The notes under the pieces: model-generated
The model's database searches: none
What the model was told of the DNA's origin: nothing
Seen by the model: the letters and a program-made list of their open reading frames with translations, nothing else
Made by a program: the position numbers and the translations under genes
NCBI RefSeq assembly: GCF_964355755.1
Contig: NC_092673.1
Span: 30,253,648-30,317,647 of the forward strand
Direction of reading: 5' to 3'
DNA length: 64,000 bases
Origin: Antedon mediterranea
Lineage: Eukaryota > Animalia > Echinodermata
In this document: positions 24,285 through 38,611 of the stretch, piece after piece
How the letters are laid out: every line of letters begins with the position of its first letter
Numbering within the stretch: the first letter of the stretch is position 1

Positions 24285-26200
24285 CTTAACACTGTTGATA
24301 TTATACGACGTATGTGTTATACAGATTCGACAACCACAATGTTAAAGTAATTAATTTTCTTTTATTACAAATAATTATTTAAAGCAATCATGCATAAATT
24401 AATTAGGTGCACTACTGAGTGCAATAACGTTAACAAATATTAAACAATCAAATTATCAAGAAAAGTGCGATATGGGTGTATATACAGTATTTTTTTAGGC
24501 AAGGTAACTAACTACACTAGTAACTAACTACACTAATAACTACATATACTTTCAAAACTATGCTTATTTAAACTAAGCCTCAATATGAGGTAGCTTAGTA
24601 CTATATTACTATTACACTTATTTCCAATGAAATTGCCTGATATATGATGACTATACAGGTTGAACCAGGGCCTTGAGATAAGGAGGGAAAGTACAATACC
24701 ATTAAACCACAATACTTTCAAACATGTCTACTCTACTACTACACCTCAATATGAGGCTTAGTTAGATAGCAGTACTCGGATGCACAATTCAAGGAATTTG
24801 ATTAAATCCACAATCGAACCAGAACCTCAAAATGAGAAGGGAGGACACTACACCAGTAATAATTTACAATATATAGAAATGTATACTGTACTATTAATGT
24901 TCGATATACAAGACAAAAATCACTTTGAATGGTTAATAGTTTTTTAAACATTGTTATATACTGTACAAGTTTACTTTACTATAGTCTGGCTGGTGAGTTC
25001 ATTGGTGGTTATACAAGAATAAGAATAAAAAGCAGACAAAACAACAGCTAGCCAGTAGCTGTTTTTATTAATTTTTTTTCTTATTTTCTTGTACAATCCA
25101 CCACTCTAGCACAGTTACATATTCTACTTAATATTTGTTAGATACAATTTTTTTAATTTATACAAATCCACTAATATGTCTTATGTATATCATACATTTT
25201 GAATGAATAGTAAATCTTTCAGAAACCCAAAGTTCTTTCCTACTTTTAAAAATGCATTCTGAAACTTCTTGAAAAATGACCAGCCCAAGATTGTCTTTGA
25301 ATGTATATACAGTATTATTTTACCTATTATCATGTTAAGAGGCAGTTTTTTGTGTTTGTTATTTCAACATGCACCGAGTATTCATATGCGAGTCATGAGG
25401 CAAGTGTGCTGTAGTAAGACTTTTTTTCTTATCTTGGCCACAAAAAAACAAAACAACTCGTCAGCTCATTTATAAATCTCAGTGCATGTCAAGTTTACTC
25501 ATTAGCAGTGAATGCCAGTGAGTGGCACAAGGGCCTCAAATTTACTCCTACAAGAGGATTGGTTTAGACCACTCGCTTACAGAGTTCAAAATATTTGTTC
25601 TAGAGCCAAACACAAACAAACTTGAGAATAAACAGTAAAATGAAATGGAAATATGGAAATTCTTTATTCCCAAATTGAAAAAAACAAAACAAAAGACAAA
25701 ATTACTGGTGCAAATTTCAAACCTTCTGTTTTCTAAACTAATAATTAGATAATAGAGTAGGGATAATCTATTATTATAGCGAGACAATTACAACAGCATT
25801 TAGGCCTCTAATATAGAGCCTCTTCTGACACTACCTTGGATTGCTACATTTCTATACTGTATGCCTACTTATTTACAATCATTCATTGATAACATTCCTG
25901 CTACCATAAAAAATATATTTTTAGATAGAATAAGACCACAATATTTCTATTCAAGGCCGTGTCAATATTAGACTAATATAAGACTTTTGAAATGATAAAT
26001 AAAAGGAAATTAAAATTATCTTCTAGTATAATCTTAAAAAGAAACTCCAACAGCTTAATACAGTAATACAGTTTTTTTTTGTGATATTAAAAAAATAAAT
26101 CACAAAAAAAACTTAGTTTAGATACGTTCTTATAATTCTGAATATATTTTATCATTTATAATGACTTCCGTTTTGTCTTGAAAATAGGGACTAAAACATT

Positions 26201-26423
26201 GGATGTCTAGAAAACTAAGATCTAGAAAACTAAGACCTAAAGATATCTTAGTTTTCTAGCTAGAAAACTAAGATATCTTAGGTCTTAGTTTTCTAGACTA
26301 GAAAACTAAGATATCTTAGGTCTTAGTTTTCTAGACTAGAAAACTAAGATATCTTAGGTCTTACTTTTCTACACTAGAAAACTAAGGTCTTAGTTTTCTA
26401 GATCTTCGTTTTCTAGACACACC
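26201..26423. mobile_element. Foldback-like MITE in the TRAF 3'UTR
   Basis: Built from ctagaaaactaaga / tcttagttttctag units in both orientations; TSD aaaacatt at 26193-26200 and 26424-26431. Confidence 0.85.
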
Positions 26424-26432
26424 AAAACATTT

Positions 26433-29400
26433 CTATTGCTGCTTTAACTCAACACTCACTCTAATAAACATAGTGTCTTCTTTTATGTAAGCATTTCTGC
26501 TCTTCTCTACTTCATTTGGTGTAATAAACAGTGGGCATCCTGTCGGGATATTACGTTCAGATTTCGGTCTCTGGAACGACGTACTGTTTGGTTCTGGTTT
26601 GAAACCATCCATGATGTGCTCGAAGTTATTCTGGTCGATTAACATGAACTTAACAATGTGTTTGAAAGGCCACGGCAGAGTAGCGTCATACTTACCACGC
26701 AACAACATAAAGAAAATGGAGAAGTGCGAGCCTTTGCCGACTCCATCACCATTCAGAAACAAGCGGCAGCACATCTTATAACCGTGTGGACCAGAGTAGA
26801 ACACTGGTGAGTAAATAGATGACCCCTGCTGTATTGCTTCTCTTCTCTTTTTTCCATAATCAGAAATTTTCCAGATTATGATTCCATTATGGGTGGCGTT
26901 TTCATTCTCAGTTATCTTCTCCTGCATTTCCAAAATGGTGTTTTGCAAAACAGCTAACTGCGTTGGTAACGATGTCATGCTGCTCTTAAATTCTTCTAAA
27001 ACTTTCAACCTTTCATTAATCTTATTAATTTGTTTTCCAATCTCTTCTGATTGGTCACTAAGTACCTGCATAGCATCCTGGTATGTTTTTCCATTTCTGT
27101 CCAAGATCCGCAAATCTTTCTCTAATTTCTTGATCTGTCTTCCTTGCTTGGTTACCATATCTTTGAGACTAATATCCTCCTTATCTGCAACTATGGCATC
27201 TACAATCTTTGCAAGCCCTTTTCCAACCTCTTCAACAGTCTCTGTCTTCTTGTCTTTGATCTTAATATTCATGTGACCTACTTCAGTAGCAAGAGATTCT
27301 ACAGGAGTAGCAGTTGCAGTTGCACCTATGTTATCTCCAATCTTTGCAAGTTTATCTGCACCCTCTGAAAACTTGTTTAACTCTTCTTTAACTTTGACAT
27401 TAATATCTTCACCTTCTCCATGACTAGCAGTACTTGCTGCATTTATGCTATCTCCAATCTTTGACGGACTCTCTGCAGCCTTCTCATAATTCGAATCCTC
27501 ACTTACTTGAGGTCGAAAACCACTCTTCAAGTGAACTTCCATGAATTCCTTTACAAGAATGGAAATAAACTGCCGTACTTCAGCAGATTTCAATAGCGTC
27601 GGAGTTGCCAACAGGCTTTCCGATGCAAGCTGCTTCAGCTGTTCGACATCCTCCAATTCAGAACTTGTTGAGGCACCTGCTTGTTGTTCATCACAAGAGT
27701 CTACAGATTTGCTTTCTGGTTTACCAAACGAAATCTTATCTTGCTGTTTTATTTTTGTATTGAAATCTGATTTGTGGTACACTTTGAAGAAAGGTAGAAA
27801 GGCGCGGCAGAGTAAGGTTAGATGCTCTTGGATGTTATCTTGCAAATGTTTTTCAGCTGTGTACAAACTCAACTAAAAATCAAACGATATTTCTAATTAT
27901 ATTTAGGTGATTATAAACTAAATGCAAGGAACAATAAAAAAATGTATTCTACTTAAGCTTACTGCAGTAATATGTTAAATTATTGAAATTTCTTTTTCAT
28001 ATACAATATTTCTATAAATTAGAGCAAACTGTATTGCAGTAAATGTAATTTCTGCAGTAACTGCAGTAGAATAAGTTTGACATGATTCTTTTAACATTTT
28101 CTACAGAATAAAAGTAATAACCATTAGTGTAGTCCAGCGTCAGTGTACAATGTAATTTCATAATTTACTTACTTTTGTGTTACAACCAAATTGTGCAAAG
28201 ACACAGTTGTTGCTTTGAGAACGGGGGCAGTCTCCGGTTTCATTATCTTGATGAGATGATAACTATAAGAAAAAAACACATGGTATTTTTGTTGTTTAAC
28301 AGTTTCATCAGAGTTACACTTGTTTGTATACAAAATTAAATAATTAATACACACACTGTAAGTTAATAGTAGCATAATTAAAAACTCTGATAGCCAAACT
28401 TTTTCATAGATTTAAATCCTCTATTAGGCACAGTACCAAAGAGTCTATGAATGGATATTTTCAACCTAGAATATTGTTTGTTTTTTTAGTATACTTGCCT
28501 AACCAAATTTCGTATATTGTTTATTTGATTATAACTTACAGTATCTCTGAAGAGCTTCTTCCCACAATACTGACATTCAACTTCTGATTTTGGACATTCT
28601 GTGGTGTTGTGTTTCTAAAAGAAAAAATAAAAATTTGAACAACTTTCTACAATAAATATTATAACAAATTCCACCTGAAGTAAAGTTCAGAATGATTGTC
28701 CTTTATGAAGTAATGTGGACATAAAAATACATCAGGCACTTTAAAAAAAGGACCTTGCTCAACGCAGAAAGCAATGGAAAACCATATGAACTGGATGACA
28801 TATATATGGATTTACAATAACAATTTCTATTTTTTTGAAATTTAAAAGATATACTGTATCTGTTTGGTTAAGCACCTTAAGCATTTTTGGTACTCATTGG
28901 TGCTACATCTCTTTCAAAACGCATTGGAGAGGGATGGAAGTGGTTCATATTCAAATATGGCACTTCTTCATGACACAATAAATATAAATTTAACAATACC
29001 TTAAGAAACTTATATGCAATCGCACCATTACAGCGTTTGCAGTAGAATGGCCGGTATGGACATTCTTTTTCAGTGTGAAATTTGTATGCTGCTGTTTGGA
29101 TGTATTTTCCACAACCAGGATGAGAACACAGTTTGGTTTTGTAACTACAGTTGGCTTCATGGGCCTGAAATAAAAATGTAAAAAAAAAAAAAAATAGTTT
29201 GCTTCGTAGAGCAAAGTGATACATACTGAAACTGGACGTATGGCAGTTACTGTTTCAGATTAATCATTATAATATTTGGATCATAAGATATTAGCTTTTT
29301 TCTGTAATTGTTTCTGTAATGTAATCAATGATGCAAATTTATAAATGTGTATATAATGCATTTTATTTAATGTTTTTACAATCTTGAATTTTACCTACTT

Positions 29401-31563
29401 TTGTATTTTTGAATTTTATGTCTTTTGACGTTTCTTGTATGTATTTTAATGTTTGCGCTGATTGTACATATTGGGCAAATAAAGGCTGTGTGTAACTGTA
29501 AGCAAGCAGCGCATTCATCATAATTATATTATTTGAACATTTTTCATAACCAGATGTGAAAATGTTTACATACTTTTTTTATTACTATGTAAAGTTTTTG
29601 ATATTCATATTTTTATATATACATATTTTAATTGTTTTAACTCTGAGAATTTTTACGTATGTTAGTATTGGAGTGTGTGTTTCTAATATTTATTGGTGCA
29701 TTTCTTCTCTTTATATGTATTGTTTTTATCGTACTTTTTATAATAATCATTATTATGTAAAGTTTTTGATATTAATATTTTTATATATATATATATATAC
29801 ATATTTTAATTGTTTTAACTTCTCCTTTGGAGATCAATAACATTATTCTGATTCTGATTCAGGGGTGGATCCTTTTGAAATTGTGGAGTGCTAATTGGAG
29901 ATGCCCAGGCTGCATATGCCGCACGCACCTCCAGGGCGGCGATCTCATAATTTTATCTTGACTTTAAAAAGGCAAAAGACTACTGCTTGATTTTATTTAC
30001 CTCATAATTTCCAAAAACGCCCTTCCAACTACATCCATTATTGATACATTTAACAGCAATCGTTATAAACTCTCGTTTTAAAACAAAGTCTGGAACAAAC
30101 TGTAGAAATGAAAATGTTATAAAACCAAATACAACATATGAATGAAATTAAAATTAAAACTAGATTATGGTGACTTTGGTCACCATGCTGAATTTGTAAT
30201 ACTGTAGGTTCAAATTACTGGCAATCGTGCATGAACAATTTACATTTTTTCTTTAAAATTAAATATGGTGAAATGAATCAGAAATGAAATGATTAAAGAT
30301 GTATTGTAAAACCTGAAATATTAAGATTAATTAAATCAGATTTGAATAGGTTATTTTGTAGTTTTAATAAAGTATATCCCTTTCATAAAAAAAATAAATA
30401 TAAAATGACAAAATAAATAAATTCAACCCAAAACCCATTGGCTGACAGCCAATTTGACTATATTTTGCTTTAAATTACAGTTTTTCAGGTAAATACATTT
30501 TTTTTTTTTAATTCAATTTTTTTAAAAAGTGGATAACTATTATGTGACATTAAAATGGAATATTTGACAAAAAGAATTAAAACAAATATTTTTTCAGGGG
30601 GACAATACATCTTTAAATAACCTTTAAGGTGAGGTTATGTCTATAAGAGCATGATCATCTTTTCGAGTTGAACTGAATGGAACTAGTGTGTGGAACTAAT
30701 GTTGACACTGGAACTGATTTGATGATGACCAGATGACCAGAATTCAAGCTCAGTGTGAATATAATAAAAAAATTATGTAAATAAAAAGGATAATCACATC
30801 AGCATCAATTGTAGAATCTCCTTCAGAACAACCTTCTTGTAAACATCGAGGACATAAATGAGTCTGAGAACTTCTAAAATAAAAAAAATTTCCCTCAATT
30901 TATAAATGTGTATCTTAATAATATGACATAAAAACATATGCTGCAGTTAATTATTAATTTGTATGTTAGGCTATAGATTAATAATTGATCGCATATTCAC
31001 TGTGAGCAATAGAAATAAATAAAATTTGAAAGAGAACTATAAAAAACATTGAATTAAACTTGCCTACCTGTAAGGGGACCATGTAAAAATTATTCTACTA
31101 CATACAGTAACCTCTGTTTAATATCTAACCAATTCTTGCAATGATATGTAAGTTTAAAAAAAAAATACACTGTTTATTGCCTGCTTGCATTGAATCAAAC
31201 TAAAATATATTACTGCAATAAAAAAATATAGTTACTGCAGTACATGAATTTTGACATGATCCCAATCTGGATGATCCAAGTTTACATACTAGATTGATTA
31301 GCTTACAAGTTTATAAAAAATAAAACACAGAATTAAATAGTTTGTACAAACAAGACCACTACATAATGAAACTGAGACTACTCTCAGAATGTACGGACAA
31401 ACATGGTTTATACTTACTCGATTAATGTTTGAAGGCAATCTTTACAGTATCTGTGTCCACATGAACTTTGAACTGGATCATTAAGTATCAATTCACACTG
31501 AGGGCAAAGGTGTTTTTCGGGATTGATCTTGACAGTTAAAATACCTCGATTAAAGCCTGGCAT
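26433..31563 (-). CDS. TRAF2: TNF receptor-associated factor, TRAF2-like (RING, TRAF zinc fingers, coiled coil, MATH), 696 aa
   Basis: Exons 31418-31563, 30798-30873, 30001-30099, 29000-29164, 28540-28614, 28173-28262 and 26433-27872 give 2091 nt with consistent phases. RING: MPGF...LCPQCELILNDPVQSSCGHRYCKDC. MATH: GIIIWKI...YSPVFYSGPHGYKMCCRLFLNGDG...WPF...FQRP. Exact paralog assignment (TRAF2 vs 3) is uncertain. Confidence 0.85.
30297..30612. mobile_element. Kolobok-like non-autonomous element
   Basis: ttaa-agatgtattgt ... gggacaatacatct-ttaa; same family as 4689-5016. Confidence 0.7.
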
Positions 31564-32259
31564 ATTATTAACATTTGGTCTGTGTCACCTGCTGAATGTC
31601 AAAATACAATCAGTTGTGATGAGTCATGAGTTTGAAAAATTGTATAATTTAAATCAATGTTCCGCAAAAGTTTTTATTTTGCCCAATCACTCAGGTAGAC
31701 CCCACAATTAGGGCTGAGGTAAGAACATCTTATGGGGTATGGACCTCTGGTCCCTGGAAATTTCATACTACAGTAATTTGATATTTGGAGGGTCAAAATT
31801 GCGTTGACCTGACCCACCGACCAATGTCAAGAAAAAAGTCAGTGCAGCCTGGAGGTTCCCTTTAACGCACATAACACATGTCACTGTATCACATATGGTT
31901 CACACAAGATTTTACATTACATTGCGATCACTAGTCTGACACACAATAAAAGGCACTTTGACATTTGTGTATCAACGTTTGAGTAGGATAATTAGTTATT
32001 GACAATTAACAAATTTAGCGATTTGTCCCAAATACTGTAGGGGTGTTTTCTGATTGTGGTATACACTGTCTAATGGATGCCCATCTTGAAAAATACCCGC
32101 ATACGAGGATGCTTCGCATTTACCTATCTCTTACTACGATAATTGTTTTTTTTTAACATCTTTAAAATAGGCAGTTACAAGGCTAAAACATCTGCCGTCC
32201 TTCAAAAAAGACTAGATAGAGTGACAGCTCAATCCATTAATTGACTGCAGTCGAGCTCA

Positions 32260-35200
32260 GGGTGTCACAAAACCTAAGACCACAAAAGCTAAGACCCACT
32301 AAGACCTAAGATCACAAAAGCTAAGACCCAAGATTACAAATATTTACCTTTCGCACCTGCCTTGTATTTTAACTCCAACATTTATTATGAATACCACACC
32401 TTAGAATTACCACTTTTATGAAAAAGAATCGCATAAAAAGTAACAAATAAATTCTTAAATTGATGATTTCAGACGTTTTTCACGCACCTACCCCACCATG
32501 TTATTGTTCAATATTTTTGTTTCTATGGAACGTCAACAAATTATATAGAGGGCTATAAACTCTGTGGAGTCCATCTATTTTAACAAATTTTTTAGTGAAA
32601 ATTATGTTACAGTACTTGTTCATTTAATCATAATTTTAACATAGTAGGCCTAGGTTTAATTTATTAATGCTTGTAACCCTAAATATCATTAGATATTGTA
32701 CCCACAACAGAATAAATTTCACTCGCAATATTTTTGTCTGTGGAGCATAATACTTTTGTTTCACAACATTTAGGGAAAGGTTTAACTCGCGACTGGTTAT
32801 TATTAGCTCGCAAGAAGTGGTTTTTACTATGGTGGTTAGGCAGCGCCTGAGTCCGGGATGACCAAGGCACAATGATGCTGACCAGTGTTTAATTTAGATG
32901 ATCACCAAACCCATGGTGGTTAGTGATGAGGGCATATCATGTTTCGGGTTTTTTTTTTCTCTTGTCATCACGAAGTCACTACACTTTGTGTGGATGAAAC
33001 AATGTAAAATTCAAATTGTAATGATAATACCTGTAGTATAATGATGCTAGTACGAAGAATAAATACCCGAAAATAAATTTTAATTTAAAAATCATGATAA
33101 TCACGGGAATGATAACTAAAGGTTATATAATTATGCATAGGCATATAATATGCAAAATATAAGCTTAAAAAAATAAAATAAAATAAATGCTTATTATTAC
33201 TGTAATATTAGTTTTACGCACTATTATTTAAAGGGATACAAATTTTTCATACAAAAAAAGTAGAAAGTGATTGGTAATTGATATCGACGTGCGCTGATAT
33301 ACCAATCATTATTCGTAACAAAAACGCGTAAACACAATAACGATGCACAATCCATGTTGGGCCATGCAAGAAGTTAGATATTTACTCTGTGCATATGGCT
33401 TCGGTTATGTTTGGTTGAAACAATACATATTGTCAATTTCTTAATGACTTTAAGTTAAGGGTTACAGACATTGTGAAACAAAAATTACATCACATTCTAA
33501 GTTGAAATATTATCGTTTAGTAAACATGACATCATAAGTATAGTTACCATATTGTGAATGTTTATAATCTTAAGTAGGCCTACATTATTATTTTAACTAA
33601 ATTTCACCTTGGAACTCAAAACCTAAAAGGCGATTTAGAGGGCTATTCCTGTTACCTGTACCATACAAAGTTTTTTGTTTTGTTTTCTTCCTGTTTTTAT
33701 ACTTGTACTATTATTGTTGCTCTTTTGGCGCTCCATAAAAACGAAAATATTGAGCATGGGGAGTAGTTACATTATAAAGAAACACGTCTGTAAAATCATC
33801 AATTTAAAGGATTTATTTATTTGTTTGTATGTGTTTCTCCTTCTTAAAGTACTAAATTTAAGGTGTGGTATTCAGGATAAAGTTAGTTAACAAATTTGGA
33901 GTCAAAATACAAGGCAGATGCAAAAGAAAAACATCCTCCAAACCAACACAATGTAGTAAATATATACCAACAAATAACCCATCAAGTTGTTGTAAAGAAA
34001 AAAATATACATTTACTCAACGGGTGAAAATAATGTGAGTTTATCTATGTTTTGTGGTAAGTATTTAATTATATTTATGGTAATAAATGAACCCTACTGTG
34101 GGAAACTGGAAGTACGGATAGGGGGATCTATACTGTAATCATTCAGGGGTGACGGACATGCGCGGTAGAATAATTTTAGACCGGAGTGGGTACAGGTTGT
34201 GTATATCCATCGTTGCTGAGTAGAGGCAGTTACTATTTAAATTATCAGTTAATCGTTTCCAGGTACGTTGTAATACTGTATCATAGATTAAGATATACAC
34301 GTTATTGAATCAATTGTTGTATTTAGTCATGATAATGAATAGTAGTATTGTATTAAATGTGTTATTTATGCTCATATATGTAGTTATAATTGATGATAGA
34401 TTGACTCGCCGATACAATGTGCGAGTTCGGATTTCAATATGGCGACCAATGTTGGGGTCATATCTAGTTGTAAATAGTATTATGTTAATAACCTGGTTTT
34501 ACATGTATTTATTTAATAGATTGGGCTGAATGGAGATGGAGGCTGAGTAAAGATGGGTATGCACATCCAAAATTAACATCGTTTAATCCAGGTATAGATG
34601 TGGTTATCACTTGTTATATATTTATAATGATAATAATGTAACGCTGATGCTATGTTAGTCTGGGCTCCAGACGGAGTTTTGTCTTAATATTTGTAAAAAT
34701 ATAAATATTTTTGCACATATGGCGTTTCATACATGTATTAACTATTACTTGAGTTTGGATACTCCGTCTGGGGAAACACGCAAAAGTCACATGGTTTGAC
34801 ACCAAGAATTCTTGGTGCATAGATTATCCATTTGACTAGTTTCAGCCGCATCCGATTGGCTACACACTCGTATGCTGTTTTAATATTCATGTTTTAGAAT
34901 TTCAAAGACTCACAACAACTAAGATAATGCGCATGCGCTATGTTACGTTTAGACAATGTGTGTTGTGTGGAGGAGACGTACACACGTGTGTACTTTTGTA
35001 CATTGATGAAAGTTTCTGAAGGTTAGAAATGATTTTATATGCCTAGTAGTGTGGTAAAAATTTGATGGGATTTATCTCCAAGAACATGAAAACTCTTCTT
35101 GATAATGATAGGCTAGCTTCTCCGCAAATCGAACATTTAAATGATTTATTATGCGGAGAGTATTTAATTCCCACCCAGAACCTGTCCTGTCTGTGTGGTG

Positions 35201-35774
35201 GTGTAGCTCTGTTGTGTGCCGGTAGTGGTATGTACCTTTTTGACGTTTTATGGCAGGTCATAGGCCTACGTACGAGTTGAGTAGGCCTACGAAGGAGGCC
35301 TAGACAATAATAAACAAAACAACTTGGCAACACGATTTTATACAGTATTTCAATAATTATTCAGTCTCGATCGTACATTCAGCACTGTACGGACTCGATT
35401 GTTTCATTTTTAAACAAAATGATCATTGGTTGATTCGAAATCCATATTTACATACCGCTCGCCCCATATAGCCAAATACGGTATGATAACCTACGTCATT
35501 CTTATCGGATGTTTGCGGTCTGCAAATCGATTTCTATATGTGTTTCACAAGTCTGTATTTTCAGACAAAAATCAAAACAACGACGTGTGGAATGACTTAA
35601 AAAAGACAATAAATACATAATGCTATGTGTATGTTTTGCACTAAAGATAACGTACTGTAATAAGTATAACAATGGTTAGCAATTGTGCAAATGTGGATTA
35701 TTATGTATGGTTGCTTTCGTGATCTTAGGTCTTAGGGGGTCTTAGCTTTCGTGGTCTTAGGTTTCGTGACACCC
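32260..35774. mobile_element. ~3.5-kb non-autonomous Mutator (MULE)-like DNA transposon upstream of the TRAF coding region
   Basis: TIRs gggtgtcac(a/g)aaacctaagaccac... / ...gtggtcttaggtttcgtgacaccc with subterminal ctaagac repeats; 10-bp TSD gtcgagctca at 32250-32259 and 35775-35784. Confidence 0.85.
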
Positions 35775-36082
35775 GTCGAGCTCAATATAATATAATTTAT
35801 ATAATAGAATATAGGGCGACTAAATTCAGATTAAAACAAGAAATATTTCTTACAAAAAACACAGCTCGCTTGTTGATGTAACAGTTTTAAAGATATGTAG
35901 TCCCCCTAACAAAATTTTTTTTTTACATTTTTTTTTTAATGTGTCATTTTAATATCACATATAATAATATTTATTCACTTTAACCAACAACTGGATTTAT
36001 TGCTAAGGGATCATGTCATCAAGGCTAGACTAAGTCAACAAGTGATAAATGGCCAGTACCAAAAGGTGCTATAAAGGAGGGA

Positions 36083-36993
36083 TGTCAGACCAAAATCAGT
36101 CCGGGCCAAAATCGGTCCGGCGGACCAGTTTTGGCTGCCAAAATCAGTCCGGTGGACCATTTATGGCTGCCAAAACCTGTCCGGCCGGACCAATTTTGGC
36201 CGCCAAAACTGGTCCGGCCTGGATAAAATTGGTCCGGGCAGTAGGACTGTTTTTGGCTGCCAAATATGGTCCGGTCTTACAAATATATAGTTCGCAAAAT
36301 GAGTCATAATGTATATATCATTAAAAAAAGGCCATGATTAGTCATTATATTGAAAACTACGGGTTTTATTTGTTTTTTTAATATTATAAATTAAGCCTGT
36401 TTTTTTTATTATCATTATTAGTAGTAACTCATCAATAATTAGTACTAATTGTTAGGCTTTTTGTATACAATATGTATCTCTGCCTGTTTTTAATCCATTT
36501 TGGTCTTTTTTAACATCTTCGTTTCCCCATGATGTTAAAAACAATTTAATTTATTAATTATTTATGGTTAATCAATCAATATATCAATTCAATACAATTA
36601 TTATAAAACAATTATCCAATATTGATTAGGCTGAGGAAGGAAAAAGGCCTCAATCATAAATAAAATCTAGCTGGCAATATCAGCGTCTCATACCCGTTCA
36701 TGTGAGTGTGTGGCAGGCCGAAATATGAGTGAACACCTAAGTCATGTTTTTAGATAAAATACATTTATTTATAGTATTTATCCGACAAGATAACTTACTA
36801 ATATATATCATGGGATATTTTTCTAGCTATAAACAACTTAAAACAGCATCATAGGCCTAGTAATTCAATTAAAATCGACAGAAGAAAAGCTCGGACCGAT
36901 TTTGGCAGTGGCGGACTGCTTTTGGCCACAATTTTAGAGCCAAAACTGGTCCGGCCGGACCGATTTTGGCCCCGGACCATATTTATCGTGACA
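36083..36993. mobile_element. Non-autonomous TIR element with TGTCA...TGACA ends (Ginger2-like)
   Basis: Subterminal ccaaaa-ggtccgg-ggacc-ttttgg repeats at both ends; 4-bp TSD GGGA at 36079-36082 and 36994-36997. Confidence 0.7.
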
Positions 36994-37159
36994 GGGACAT
37001 TCAAGTGTGAACAAATTGTATCCTATAATACAAACAAAAACTTTACTATGGACTGTTTTGATCGTAATTCAATGACAGCAAATTTTTATAATATCAGCCT
37101 AGATTGACAGTCAAATGGAAGTCATTGTAAATACCTGCCTATTATACCAAAATAAAGTA

Positions 37160-37548
37160 CGAAGTGGTTAGGATTCCGGCAGAATGAACGCATTTTATTG
37201 GTCAATTGAAAATTGCTCATGCATGCACATTTTTATAACATCATGTACACAGTTCAACACCAATTTTTCCGACTGGTTGGATGGCTTAGTGGCGTGGTAC
37301 TGCGGCTAGGGGTTTAGAGGTTTTGCTGGTCATTGTAGGTTCAATTCTCGATCAATTTTTAAATTTTTTTTTTAATTCAAAAAATTGTATTTTATTGACC
37401 ATCGTCTTTATTCATCATCATCTTTACCCACCATTGCCTAGAGGGATGTTTTTTTTTAGTTTTAGGTTTTAGTTCTCAGTGGAAAGTTTCTGTCGGAATC
37501 TGTTACAATGGGCAGTTGAGTTCCGGTGCCGGAATCCTAACCACGGCG
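37160..37548. mobile_element. MULE-like MITE
   Basis: TIR gtggttaggattccggca / tgccggaatcctaaccac; 9-bp TSD aataaagta at 37151-37159 and 37549-37557. Confidence 0.85.
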
Positions 37549-38611
37549 AATAAAGTATGGTTTATTATTATAATACCTGCCTAGGTTGACAGGCAAGAAC
37601 AAAGTCATTATTTATTTATTGAACAAGATTTTACAGATTACTGTCTACATGCATCTATATAATCCAGATGTGCTTTGGGGTTTGTAATTTTAGCATGACC
37701 TGTCCTAGTTTACAAATTCCCAAAAACGTCAGTCTCTAGTACTATAACTGCTGCTTGCTTTCAGCTTCTAAATGAGTCATCCTCTTGGGACGTACCTGGC
37801 TAAAGCAGCAGCAGCGTGAAAAAACACTTAATGGCAGCCAACAACGACGTGCCAAGCTGAACGGGAGCTGAACATCCTACTAATATTAGGCTAGGCCTGG
37901 CCTAGGCCTAGACTACAATCATTATAGACCTGCCCTACAATATTTAGGCCTAGGCCTAGGTAGAGTTTAGAGAGCCTACTAGGCCCTAGGCCTAGCCTAG
38001 ATCCTTCTCTGGAGGCTAGCCTAGAAACTTGACAAAATGACAGGCTAATAATGCTCCTGGGCAGGCTAGGTCTTTCTCTACTCTCTAGCTATGCCTAGCC
38101 TCTGGTTAAACTATGTAGTAGTACTACTACTACTAGGCCTAGGCTAGGCCTAGACTGACTGTATTGTTGTTGTTTTTGAGAATTCAAATAACATCCAATA
38201 AGGTCAAGCTTGTTTGTTGCGTTTTCAAACGATATAATGAATATGCATCGATTCGTATCACATTACACAACGACCCTAGACAGCTAGCTAGGTACCTAGC
38301 TGTATTAACTATTTAATACGCTAGTTCTAAGGCAGAACAACATTTCGCTCTTTTACTGCTAGTATTTCTTAAATTAATAGTACAAACCTTGTAAAAATGG
38401 TATGCAAGTTAACCTAAACGATATTTCTTCTTTTTCGCGCCATTTATAGTGCCCACAAAAGGGTTAGGGTGATATTCTCCCTTTCCGATCCCAAAGGCGG
38501 GAATGTGGTTGTTGTTTTGATCGTCACAGATCACTAATCTAAGTACGTACCTGGACGTACACGCATGACAGGGCATATCATGAATTATTCATTTTTAATA
38601 TTATTTTAGAA

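Noticed and set aside
26599-27876. Plus-strand ORFs overlapping the TRAF last exon
   Set aside because: They are antisense shadows of a real coding exon.
36049-36309. 86-aa ORF with repeated AAKTGP motifs
   Set aside because: It is a translation of the subterminal repeats of the 36083-36993 transposon.
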